Assembly (NCBI RefSeq): GCF_000485595.1
Contig: NW_014577084.1
Coordinates: forward strand, 555,149-619,148
DNA: 64,000 nucleotides
Direction of reading: 5' to 3'
From: Priapulus caudatus
Lineage: Eukaryota
This document shows positions 12,861 through 26,549 of the stretch, piece by piece (position 1 is the stretch's first letter; every line of letters starts with the position of its first letter). The position numbers were made by a program, and so were the translations under genes. The notes below the pieces were generated by a model. That model was not told the DNA's origin, searched no databases, and worked only from the letters and a program-made list of their open reading frames with translations.

Positions 12861-13805
12861 CGGCTGAGTGGTAATGAAAGTACTGATTATTAATGATGTA
12901 GGTAGCTACCACATTAGACGTAATGACTAATGGTGAAATGTTTGCGTGCAGCTTATCTTGTAAGTGACCTGCCTGTTGATATGGCGAAGGCCCAGAATCG
13001 ATACGGAAGCTTGAATCTGTTGTGGCTTCAGCAGCGCGTGCTGCTCGCATTCACTGTTGCGGTTACGACCGACTCGGTCGACTCCCGGATTAGTAGTAGT
13101 ACCTTTGCTTTCTTCGCATGCGCCGGCAGCCGAAAATTCGAAAGACCCGTTGGCGGGTGCGTTCGTTTGGCGCCCCCTGCCGTGTGCTTTGCGAACTAAA
13201 GGTGGAATTGCTAGTCTTCTAGACGGGGAATTGATTGCAGCGTGTCGTGGCTGCGGCATCGATCCAGCATGAAACATTTAGGCGCGCGCGTGATGCGGCA
13301 GGTCTGCTGTACGACATATGAACAAATCGAAAAATATTATTCCGCCGACCGGTCTGCGTAGCAGACAGCTTACGTAATTGGTTGTAATTAAGCCGCGAGC
13401 GTGTCTTTGTGACTCTGCGAACTAGGAAAATATGCCGGCAGCAGCATCAGCGGCGGCGGCGGCGGCGGTGGGAGCAGATCTAGATATTGTTTTTCCTTCG
13501 AGTGATCATGCATTATTAGGGACGGTGGAACGGGGACGGCAAGCATTGCCATACGCGTTGTACTAAGAATAGTTATAGACTAGATTAGATTATTCTTATT
13601 CATTTCTTATTACACCCATCGCGAGAAATTATGCTGCATCCTTATCTGCTAAGGACTGCATTATAGTTGATGGTTTTTCGAATAATTAGACAGGAGTAGT
13701 TAGTCTAATAAAGAAGCGCTAGACGTTGCCCAAATAATCGATATATGTATGACAAGTGCCTTGCTGTGCTGGTGTTGTTTTTCTGTCAGCTGCCCTAGGA
13801 AACAT

Positions 13806-14962
13806 CAAGAGCGTATAAAGAAGGAGAGCGTACAACGGTGAAATGCTGAAACCATGTTGCAGTATTAGTCGAATTAAGAAACTTTGCTCGTTTTATTTTG
13901 ACGATTCTTTGCGGTATTATTGATCAGCTGTCCTACCTTGCTGATATAAAATAGACTTACGATGCCCCTACGCTGAGATAATGAGCGGTGAAAATCTGGT
14001 ATTTTTGCCGAAAACCGACTCGAGATCCCTGTTTACTGCGACCATCTCTCGCTTTGTGGCCAGTGTGTTGCTTTCGGTCGCCGCTGTGTAGCGCCATGGT
14101 AGCGCTGACTCATTACGTCAGCAGTACAGGTGGTGAACAACAGTAGATGTCGTCCATATAGGCAGCAGGCCTGAATAAGCATCGAACAGATATTAATTAA
14201 AAATACTCACACTGTTACTTCGCTTACACAACATACACTTTATTCATGTTAAATAACTACAGATTCATGCTCTATGCTCAGCTCAAAACTTTTGCCAGCT
14301 CTATGATGCGAATTTCTACAAAGTTGTCTGACTACATTTCAAAAATGACCAACCGGTCGCTGTGACTACGCCACCTGACGGAATGTCACGAATACACAAC
14401 AATACCAATTTTACTTCTAATGCTTTCTAGACGTCTACGAGGCATCTAACTTGCGTGCATAATGCAAATTATTGCACTCTAGTGCTGAATTTCGGCGAAA
14501 AAAAATTCCAAAAAAGGCATTTTTTAGAGACGAAATAGTGCAACGGTGAACAATTGCGGTGGCTTACTGTTGTACGCCACCTACAGAGTTTACTACATCC
14601 AGCGTGAGGTGGGCACAGGTGGGGGGCATCACTATGGCAATCAATAACAGATGTCATTCATTCCATTTGTCAAACATTGACGGAAACACGCGAGGTTTCC
14701 CGAAGTTATATCAAAGCGAGAGACAGTCACAGTCAGCAGGTATCTCGAGTCGGTTTTCGGCGAAAATACCAGATTTTCACCGCTTATTATCTCAGCGTAG
14801 GGGCATCATAGGGACATGCGGTTTGTTTTATATTAACAAGTTAGGACAGCTGATCAATAATAATCGTCAAAATAAAACGGGGATAGTTGATTAATTCGAC
14901 TAATACTGGAACATGGTTTCAGCATTTCACCGTTGTACGCTCTCCTTCTTCATACGCTCTTG
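13806..14962. mobile_element. 1157-bp foldback/MITE with ~250-bp TIRs (CAAGAGCGTAT...ATACGCTCTTG); P-superfamily (Galileo-like) candidate
   Basis: 13806-14056 is the imperfect reverse complement of ~14712-14962. Flanks gaaacat/aaaatat match 5/7 (possible decayed 7-bp TSD). Confidence 0.85.
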
Positions 14963-15466
14963 AAAATATTTTATTTCTTCTTGTTATTCATCTATCTCGC
15001 GTAGCGCTGGGGAAAACAGCATGAACGTTCATGTATCTATGTATAGGGTTTATGCCTATATCCACTATCATATCTGACGCGTTTCATTTTTGCTAAGATG
15101 CACATGTGGCAACTGCATGCGTCGGTTATTAAAACCTCCTCGTAATAAATTCTCATTTAGCCTTTTAATTCAGCTAAAACGTGGTTTTCGTTACACCTCC
15201 TTCATCCCGCATGCAATTAGTAGTTGCTGCTGGCGGAAAGTGATCCAGTGTATAAACCGATCCAGCGGAGCTAGAGCGAAACTCCAGGGCCCTTCATATT
15301 GCTCACATTTAGAGGCCCACTTATCTTCATGCTCTGCGTTCTAGTCTGTCGACGAACGTTTCTATGGCTACGTTTAACGTGGGCGCTCGGCTAGGTTCGT
15401 GCTAACGACGTCCTATAAAGTCAGTCTAATTCCGCGCTATATATTTTCCCTATTAAACAGTGTTAT

Positions 15467-15474
15467 CAAGAGCG
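15467..15474. mobile_element. 8-bp terminal remnant CAAGAGCG between perfect 7-bp TSDs
   Basis: gtgttat-caagagcg-gtgttat at 15460-15481. Confidence 0.7.
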
Positions 15475-16847
15475 GTGTTATATGTCTATCAATATCATGC
15501 CCGTGTGTAACTACGTCCAGATCGATTGGCAGGCAGCTTTGCTGTTGTTACAACTCTTTATGTGTGTGTGTCAAAGCCGAGCTTTGCACGATCATTCAGT
15601 TGTTGAAGTTTGTCGTATTCTGCAGAGCAGAATATATGTAGTACATATGTAACATAGTCATGCAGTAGTTTTGGCTAACCAAGGTCAATTACTCAGTAAC
15701 CTCACATTTTGTCAAGGGTTCTCGTCATGGAATTATGGCATCTGAATACGTGATTCACATTTCGATTTAAACATGTCTAGTTTCCGAGATAGCGAAGATG
15801 TAGTAGCCGTGTTTTCCTCGGTACGGGAGTTACACGAATTTAAACGTGTCACGCTCCTCCTAAAGAAATACGTCGAATTGCAGCAACTATGTGAGAGATT
15901 CTCAGTCTAATGTTGCTCGACTCTAGCCATTAATTCTCTATCAGTGACAGGTATTTTGCCGGCGTGTGCAGTCGCACCGGCTGCTGCCATGTCAGTGACG
16001 CAGTTGCTCGGTTCGTCCATCGATCGCAAGTGTGCATGGTTTATATATTTTTTCGGGTTCGACCTCGGAAAGCTGCGATGTGTTATGGTAATAACGATGC
16101 CGTTTTACTGCTTCCAATCATTATTTGTCACGCATAATAGCGCAGTCAACACCGAAAAGGGAAAATGTTGATGAGCGAGTAGCCGCCGGTTTCGCCTGCC
16201 TAATGTTGCGAGAAAAATTATTTTGCGCGCAAATATTCGGAAAGAAATTTCAGATATATGGATAACTGCCTGAAAACAGTAGCTCTGTGGCGTCGCTATA
16301 TTGTAAGCACGACGACGTCGTTGCTATATAAAGCTCTCGTGCGTACGCTGCTGCTGCATTTATATCAAATAGCTAATGGCGAGCATCATCTGTCCGCTGA
16401 TGCTGCCGACGACTCTGGAGTCGAGGCTGCGGTCTCAGGGGTACACTACTTCCAAGCGAACGCCGCCGCAAGATGTTGCAAAACTGCCCTAATTGATTAG
16501 TCGGCAAGCTCGACCAGGCCAATCGGTGTACCCATGTACGTTTAGGGTAACCAGTCAAAGAAGACCATGGTGGGTGAGGGGGGGGGGGTGAATTCCGCCA
16601 CGCGCAATCATTTTTTCTTCGACTCTAGCTGCCAGCGTTTCGATGGAAATGGTCGAGATGTGGGAATTATTAAGCCTATTATTGGTGGCGATATTACCTG
16701 ACGCAACCCTGTTACGTGGCGAAAAATTACAGTCAGCCTTCACGTAAGCTCGGTTTCAGTATGCTTTATCGTCTATATATACAACATCTTTATGTAAGGA
16801 TTCTATACTGCGTTGATCTGATTACGAAACGGTAGCATTTATTATTA

Positions 16848-17216
16848 CATGGGTAAAAATTAACTTTTGAACACGGGAGTCCAGCGGACTCCCAAGTCCC
16901 TACCCTCAAAAAGAGGGAGTCCGCAGCAAAATGAGGGAGTCCGTAGTCTGAGGTTCAAAATTAATTAATATAACAACAACAACAACTAATAATATGTGCT
17001 TATTTTTAAGATTCATGCGGTTGCACGTCTGCCAAATTTTCTTTGGACATTAGCTGAAAAAATACGGTAATTCCGCGAGGCCGTGCTCTGGAATGAACTA
17101 GTTATTATGACAGAATTTTCAGGGAGTCACGCGGACTCCTGCATATGTCAAATCAGGGAGTCCGACAGTAAATCAGGGAGTATTTGACTCCGAACTCCCG
17201 TTAATTTCGCAACCTG
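16848..17216. mobile_element. hAT-like MITE with subterminal GGGAGTC(C) repeats
   Basis: Degenerate TIRs catgggtaaaaattaac and gttaatttcgcaacctg; gggagtc/gactcc motifs clustered at both ends; ttatta-like flanks. Confidence 0.6.
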
Positions 17217-17565
17217 TTATTATATTTTATTTACAAGTATAATCACGTGATTTTATTTATCAGAAATTGTTCTGTTTATAACAGCGAGTGGGTCATTGCG
17301 ATAGCTATATGTTTGAGCACAAGGTTTGCACTGTACGTAGGTTCGGGCAGAAGTACTGTACGTGGATTCATCACATGCTAGCAGTGTAATAGAACTGTTA
17401 CTAATCTCGTTTATCGGTGCAACCACATTAGCCTAGCTGTTACTGTGTCTGTCGGTTACTCGTACTGTTATCATCTCACTCACAATGTATATGCCCCAAG
17501 CAATGAGTAACCCCAATAGCTAGTAGCAGATTTATTTATACGTTATTATTAGTTTTTAATATAAT

Positions 17566-17615
17566 CAAGAGCTAAGAATACATTATTATGTATTATAATG
17601 TATTATTAGCTCTTG
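17566..17615. mobile_element. Mini hairpin CAAGAGCTAA...TTAGCTCTTG with 7-bp TSD
   Basis: Flanks atataat/ttataat. Confidence 0.75.
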
Positions 17616-18745
17616 TTATAATACATAATATATGTGCGCGTGTCTATAGGGTCCCTGTATAGAGGGACCCTACGCGTGTCTATGTGCGCGTATTTATGTG
17701 CGTGGTGGCGTGTTAACTACGTGGTAGTGCACGGTTACTACTCTCTGCTTTGTAATTGGAGAGCCTATACGCTAATTGGCCATTTCCCGTGCTTACGGTA
17801 CGTACTCATCCGCACTTCCAGCTTGATTTTTTAAACATTGGGGTTGGGTGTCTTAAAATGTTTACAATATAGACCAGATTCGACTTGCTTTAAAGTCTAG
17901 ACCCATCAGACCTTGACACCTGTCAGGTGTACCTTTTCACACCTGTGGCTCATCTCTTACCTTGACACAGGACCCGTACAGGCTTGCGAACACGCAGCAG
18001 TCATGCATGATCAATCTTTGTCTGCATGTGGGGATCTATTATGCCACTTGGTCGATGAAGATATTAATATTTTGGTCGTGGCTATGAGCGACAGTGCCAT
18101 GGATGTGTAATACATCCTTAAAAGCATTAGACACATTTGGCGTCTCGTTGTCAAAACCGATATGCTTCCAACCCTGAATGTCTCAGGTTAATGCATACGA
18201 TAGAGTTGGTCCTGTCCTGTGCAATGTGAGACGGTGAGGGCTAATGCTGGAGCGCACACTGTAGTCGTTTGAATTCTCGGTGAAACACCACAGGGAGAGA
18301 GATTCATATTCGTAGCAGGTAGGTCCCTGGCCTGTCGAACTAGATGATTCCTTGCTATTTCTGGGATGACGTTCCCAGTTTCCTGTTACTATAACGTCAT
18401 TCCCACACGGAGTTGCCATAGAAACAGCATTACGTTCTCATAACCACTGACTCGCTTCTACTCGCAGAACGAATATTGCAAAAAAGCGCCCTGGACATGT
18501 GATTGAAAAGATGTCCCATCAATGGCCTTTTACAGTCTTTACGCTGTGCAGAGAGATTGTAGATCAGCCCTGTATAGGCATTGCCCAGCCGAAGCCATAA
18601 AGTGACAGGAGAGAATATGAGCGGCTTGTGTATTGCCTATTAGAAACTATAAAGATAAATACGATGCAGCTAAGCTTCTGTTCACATACACGGATGCACA
18701 TGAACGTCTGTGTGCAACCACGCGCGTACACAGGCACTCACGCTG

Positions 18746-18889
<144 letters not shown>

Positions 18890-20734
18890 AAACGGCTTTG
18901 AGGTGTACAGGGTACAGCCATTACGCGAGAGATTAGTCGGCGTAGGGCGTTTATACGGGGAAAGGGAACACGGAATTTTATGTGGCGCCGCGCAAACATT
19001 TCCTTTATCGACGGCGCAAATGAAATTTTCCGCCGGAATCGACGCGGAGGCTGCGATGGGTTGACGCACCTACATCGTCGCCGACCGCGCTGATGCTCTC
19101 CGATTCAAAGTGCGAGTAAACACTGCAAGGGTCTACAGAGAGTGGGTCTCCACGGTAGCAGGTGTCCTGTGGCGCAGCCATTGACAGTGACTGAATGCAG
19201 ACGAGTGCGTATGAGCATGGCGGCGGAAGCAGCGGCGAGAGCGTGATTCTCTCGCCACACGTTTTAGTAGATATTTAATCAAGTCGTATCTCGGCTATGA
19301 GGCAGGCGTCACGAGGCGGTCGATCATTGCGTGAGCGGACTTCGACAGCAGCGCGCAGATCTACCGGCGGGTATATAGTGCAGGGGAAGAGAGAGCGCGC
19401 GGGGGGGGGAAGTTTCCCGGCGAAGTTTTAACGGGCTGAAAAAACTGCACGTGTGGCGCTTGCTATTGATTCGGAGTTGTTGCGCGGCGTGTGTAAACGG
19501 CCAACCAGCGAAATAGTTCTGGGAAAGGCCTTCGAGGCGTATCAGAATATGGAGAAAACGCACGCGCTGTTTCGTCGCTACAATCCTATAACGTGATTTC
19601 CGTGGCGGTTTCGCTTTCGCGCACGTTCCAGACCTGATTCATCATGCATAGCCTCGTTTTATACGGATAGCGGTGAATTAATGAGGCAGTAACGCGTCCG
19701 TCTGTTGGGTCAGCGTAGTAAATAAATCGGAATGTAGTTTGCTAAAGCTTAGCCAAACTAAACGCGCGTGAGCCACATATTGAATTGGAGAATATATGAT
19801 GTAGGCTACCGTTGCTGAAGCGAGTTAGGACTTTGGGCACATACTATTACTTGGCAGAGGAGCCAAACTTTTATAGTTGCTCAAGTTGATTCATGGGTGG
19901 ATTGATTTCAATCGCGTTCCGTATGAAGAGAAATAATGCTCTAAGTCACTCTCCGATTGTGTGAAAAATACAAACTTTTGTAACGTGTTAAAATGTTTTC
20001 ATACTTATGTTTTCCTACTTATTAGCGATCACCACGTATACTTGCGTTATGTGATACTGGGCACTGAAATCCCGGCAAACTATCTAATGAAAATTCTGCC
20101 GTCTGTCAGTGGTAATGAGACGTTTTGGGGGGTTGTCCGCACCGTCATTTTCGTATATACGTATTTACGTATATACGTATAATTGTGTATAATTGTACGT
20201 ATAATTGTGTGGTTACAAGCTTTGCAATTTTATTCCGCCCACGGCTAGAATTTCGTTGACCTTGGCATTGCCAGGGCCTTGATTGCTTATTAGCCACGGA
20301 CCGTGGTCACTATAAAATATACATGAGTTACACGGAGCTAATTTGAAAAACGTAACTCTGGCACCAAAGGGTCTACTGGCGAACTGTATTAGTTGTGATT
20401 AATACTATTATGCGACGCAGTGCGCGATGAACACACTTCACCGTTTTCGCGGAGCTGCACTGTCCGTTGCTAGACTGTGGGTCTGTAAAGCGCGCAATGA
20501 TATACCCCCGGAGAGCGCTAATACGGCGCGGCCATTTGTATACGCTAGTATCGCTGAAATATTAATGCTAATGAGACTTTGTTACCTGCAGCGGGTCGGA
20601 AGGCATTTTATTATTTCACAAAGCTTTCACGTGATCTGCTTTGTTTTAGCAATCCTGCGAGACAGTAGTTAGTTTAGCTCGCCCGCGGGTGTTCGTGTCC
20701 ACAACTACGCAATAGTAGTAGTATAGCTGCTTGG

Positions 20735-21327
20735 TTTTTAGCTCATCGGACGAAGTCAGATGCAGCTTGTAGAATCGCATGAGCGTCCGTCCGTGATCGG
20801 TGTATCCGTGTGTCCGTCAACAGTTGGGCACAAATCGTAACCGCTCGACGTACGGTCACGATATTCGGGACGTCGGGGGGAATCGTGAAAAGTACTCGGG
20901 ATGACCAATTTGGGGGTCAAGGGTCAAAGGTCAAGATGTGTCAACGGAGGGGGAATATTTCCCCCTTACCTTAAGGTATAGGATGAAATACGGAATTGCG
21001 GCACAAATATGAACGGCTCGACCTATGCTCTTAATATTCGGTGTATAGTGTGATGGGCAGGAAACCCATCACCAGTGCGAAATTGGAGGTCACAGGTCAA
21101 AGGTCAGTGGGGGAAAGGTCAGATATCAGACATTTTCTGAGGACATGGTCTGACGGAGCGATTGAAAAACTTTTTTGTTTCAGCGCTGACCTACCATTTT
21201 TATCACTTTATTGAAAGGACCATGAAGTGTCTGATGACCTTGGTCTGATAACCTTTTGACCCTGAAAAGGAGGGGTAAACAGGGATTTATTGACTGTTAA
21301 CAAAGGACTGAACTGCTTTTGCTATTA
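20735..21327 (+). mobile_element. HINE/Helentron-like non-autonomous element, second copy
   Basis: Starts tttttagctc with an imperfect hairpin agctcatc-ggacgaagtc-agatgcagct, then a (cgtc)n-like tract, aaggtca motifs and a T-rich end; homologous to 1-575. Confidence 0.7.
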
Positions 21328-21816
21328 CTATTAGAAGCCACTCCACCGCTCCCATCACGCCCCCTCCCCACACTCTCCTCCACCACCACCACTACGCTCG
21401 CGCTCGAGGCATGATCAGATGATAAATGTTATATAGTGAAGGTCATTAAAGTTACCAGGTGTATCTTTTATTACTGTACTACGGTATAGCAAAGCTATCA
21501 TAGATTTTATATCTGTATTAGTAGTATCCTATATAGATAATATATGCTCTTAGCGCGAACGCGGTGGCGGGAGGGGCGCACTTGATCGGTTGCCAGTAAG
21601 TTAGCAGAAGAATACCCGGCTACAGTACACGTCAGTTGAGCGCTGTCGCTCTGCGGCACTTGTCGTATAATCGCAACGTGGGGTGACTATTGACGAACAA
21701 TAGTGTGTACGAGTACCTTGTGATGTATTCGTGTCACAGGTGCGATAACCACGCATATAATTATCCGTGGCCAAAAGCGCCACGTATGCTCACATATCTT
21801 CTATCTATACTATAAT

Positions 21817-22762
21817 NNNNNNNNNNNNNNNNNNNNNNNNNNNNNNNNNNNNNNNNNNNNNNNNNNNNNNNNNNNNNNNNNNNNNNNNNNNNNNNNNNNN
21901 NNNNNNNNNNNNNNNNNNNNNNNNNNNNNNNNNNNNNNNNNNNNNNNNNNNNNNNNNNNNNNNNNNNNNNNNNNNNNNNNNNNNNNNNNNNNNNNNNNNN
22001 NNNNNNNNNNNNNNNNNNNNNNNNNNNNNNNNNNNNNNNNNNNNNNNNNNNNNNNNNNNNNNNNNNNNNNNNNNNNNNNNNNNNNNNNNNNNNNNNNNNN
22101 NNNNNNNNNNNNNNNNNNNNNNNNNNNNNNNNNNNNNNNNNNNNNNNNNNNNNNNNNNNNNNNNNNNNNNNNNNNNNNNNNNNNNNNNNNNNNNNNNNNN
22201 NNNNNNNNNNNNNNNNNNNNNNNNNNNNNNNNNNNNNNNNNNNNNNNNNNNNNNNNNNNNNNNNNNNNNNNNNNNNNNNNNNNNNNNNNNNNNNNNNNNN
22301 NNNNNNNNNNNNNNNNNNNNNNNNNNNNNNNNNNNNNNNNNNNNNNNNNNNNNNNNNNNNNNNNNNNNNNNNNNNNNNNNNNNNNNNNNNNNNNNNNNNN
22401 NNNNNNNNNNNNNNNNNNNNNNNNNNNNNNNNNNNNNNNNNNNNNNNNNNNNNNNNNNNNNNNNNNNNNNNNNNNNNNNNNNNNNNNNNNNNNNNNNNNN
22501 NNNNNNNNNNNNNNNNNNNNNNNNNNNNNNNNNNNNNNNNNNNNNNNNNNNNNNNNNNNNNNNNNNNNNNNNNNNNNNNNNNNNNNNNNNNNNNNNNNNN
22601 NNNNNNNNNNNNNNNNNNNNNNNNNNNNNNNNNNNNNNNNNNNNNNNNNNNNNNNNNNNNNNNNNNNNNNNNNNNNNNNNNNNNNNNNNNNNNNNNNNNN
22701 NNNNNNNNNNNNNNNNNNNNNNNNNNNNNNNNNNNNNNNNNNNNNNNNNNNNNNNNNNNNNN
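21817..22762. other. Assembly gap (N run); 10-N gaps also at 26540-26549 and 58173-58182
   Basis: N characters. Confidence 1.
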
Positions 22763-23036
22763 TCGCCTCCCCTCACCTTCTCTTCATCTCTTTCTCTCTC
22801 TCTCGCCTCGCTCGCCGCTCTTCTCTCTCTCTCCTCTTCTCTCCTCTCGTCTCTCTTCCTCGCTCGCGTCGCTCGCTCTCCTTCTCTCTCTTTCTCTCTT
22901 CTCTCTCCTCTCTCTGCTTCCCCCCCTCTCTTCTCTATCTTTCTTCGTATTGTCACCATATCGCTCTTGATCTTACTCTCTCTACTGTCTACTCTCTGTG
23001 CTGTCTCTCTCTCTCCCTCTCCCTCTCGCTCTTTCT

Positions 23037-24197
<1,161 letters not shown>

Positions 24198-25094
24198 CGA
24201 TGAACTCATGTCTACCTGCGATCCTGCGACCCCGGCTCGGTCACGTAGACCCAATTGCTGACTATTCTTATCAAACATCTTCTGCATTTACGACTAAAAA
24301 ATTAGCTGCAATGATCTGCTTATAGAGTGTGCGTATATGCGCACGTCCCCTATGCTTTCTTGAAACGCATGTGCGCGTGCGTGTACTCGCGGCGGGTGTT
24401 GGAGTTTGTATGCGCGCGCGTGCGTGCGTGCGTGCGTGCGTGCGTGCCTGCATTCGTGCCTACATGCGTTCGGCATGCGTGAATGTGCCAGCGTGCGCGG
24501 GTAGGTGCAACTGTGCGTGCGTGCGTGCGTGCGTGCATGCGTGCCTGCAAGCGTGCCGACATGCGTTCGGGCATGCGTGAATGTGCGTGCGTGCGCGCGG
24601 AGGTGCAAGTGTGCGTGCGTGTGCGTGCGTGGATGGCGTGACTACGTATACGCTGTCATTTCACCAAGTGGCGAGATAGATAAGAGATATTTCGCAAAAA
24701 GAAATGCGAAATTTATAAGCCTATACGTGTATAGAAACACGTTTCCGCGGCGTGGCACGCTTGCAAATAATAATTATTCTTTTCGTCTCGCTCTGAAAAA
24801 AATGGAAAAGCAAAGTGACATTTGAACATTGTTTGTTTTACTTAACTCTTGCGTTTCTGCTTAAGAACTCCCGTTATCACATTATATGCGACTCGTATGT
24901 GTACAAACGCGCCCATTTTGTGGTATTTTGCTGCGTCATGCTGAAATCTTACCATAGAGCAAAGCCAATAAGTAATCGGAAGTTGATAACGTACACAGTA
25001 CACAGAGTTATGATAACAGCATTCACTTACCTATATATAGTTGTTACATTTCGATATTTCTCAGTAGAGTGCACGTCACATCGTTACCAACTAG

Positions 25095-25927
25095 TCTATA
25101 TATATAAAGTTGTTCAGCCGAATTAGTTCGTACTCTCATAACTAGAGAACTCCGCAGTCTAGAGGAAAACTAAAGATATTTTCACAATCAGCGCGTCTGG
25201 GAGAAAATTTAAAAATTTTAAAAAGTTAAAAAGTTAAAAATCCATAAAAATTCTATTCATCAATAGATGGCGGTGCATACAGATTAACATCACGTACGTG
25301 TGAATCCATGGGTATACCCTAAACGGCGCAGTGGCTTAATCGCTAGAACATCCGTCTCCTACACCGGGATTCCGAGTTCCAGTCCCAGCTGGGGAACTTA
25401 TTTTCCTTTTTTTCCTGTTACCTACCTCTTTAGTATGTATTATTTTTAATTTTGTAATTTTTACTTTTAATTTTTTATATTTAATGTTTTTTAGCTTTTG
25501 ATTTCTTATTATTTTTTACTGTTTGGGATGGGATGGCATGGGATGGCATGGGATGGCATGGTATGGCATGGGATGGGATGCGGTGTGATGGCATGGCATG
25601 GCATGGCATGGGATGGCATGAGATGCGATGAGATGGGATGGGATGGGATGGGATGGGATGGCATGGCATGGCATGGCATGGCATGTCATGAAATGGCATG
25701 GGATGGCATGAGATGCGATGAGATGGGATGGGATGGGATGGTATATGGGATGGGATGAGATGGGATGCGGTGCGATGGGATGGGATGGGATGGCTTGGAA
25801 TGAGATGGATGGATGCATGCATGGATAGATAGATAGTTAGATTTTTTGGGTATTTTCCTTTCAACCAAGCGGTCACCAACTGAGTAATGCCACTGATTTC
25901 CCCAGGCAACGCCGGGTATCCCGCTAG
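25095..25927 (+). mobile_element. Non-autonomous Helitron, copy 1 (contains a tRNA-like segment and a (GATGG/CATGG)n tract)
   Basis: 5' TCTATATATATAAAG; 3' hairpin cccaggcaacgccggg followed by CTAG|T; no TIR or TSD. Confidence 0.85.
25325..25396 (+). pseudogene. More degenerate tRNA-like segment inside Helitron copy 1
   Basis: ggcgcagtggcttaatcgctagaacatccgtct-CCT-ac...gagttccagtccc at the homologous position. Confidence 0.55.
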
Positions 25928-25929
25928 TA

Positions 25930-26539
25930 TTATATATAACTACCATATGGCGCGAACGAATTTAGTTACATTTCTAAAATTCTAGATACATATAAACACA
26001 TGCCTTAGCTGTGGTCTCTGTGAATTTTAAGTTTATTGAAGCACTAATAGTTTAATTAATTACCAAATATATACGCTCATAGGCTAAAATTTCCGCACGT
26101 TCGTGAGGTTTTCCCGAAAATGTCAATTTCAACGTTATGAAACTAACATGTGTCTGTATGTATCTAGAATTTTAGAAATGTAACTCAATTCGTTCGCGCC
26201 ATATGGTATAGTTATATATATAGTACATTTTTTAATTAATTAAACTAATCGTGCTTCAATAAACTTAAAATTCACAGAGACCACAGCTAAGACATGTGTT
26301 TATATGTATCTAAAATTTTATAATTTTAACTCAAATCGTTCGTGCCATATGATAGTTAGTACACTTTTCTACCGTCCATACCCGTGCGTATACATTAGCG
26401 TATATATGAGCGATACCGCGCGTATATTTTTTGTAATTAATTAAACTATTTGTGCTTCAATAAACTTCAATATTCACGGAGACCATAGCTACGACATGAG
26501 TTTATATGTATCTCAAATTTGTAACTCAATTCGTTCGCG
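25930..26539. repeat. Inverted plus tandem arrangement of a ~130-bp AT-rich unit between the two Helitrons
   Basis: 25930-26062 is reverse-complementary to 26147-26222 (partial), 26232-26358 and 26434-26539. Confidence 0.8.
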
Positions 26540-26549
26540 NNNNNNNNNN

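Noticed and set aside
14345..14400. Possible THAP N-terminal relic (M..RCDYAT*RN) inside the foldback element
   Set aside because: Needs a frameshift and a stop-to-Cys correction over a few codons; too weak without a family consensus.
17880..18640. Possible decayed retroelement coding fragment
   Set aside because: The frames examined contain stops and show no recognisable RT, RNase H, integrase or recombinase motif; BLASTX would be needed.
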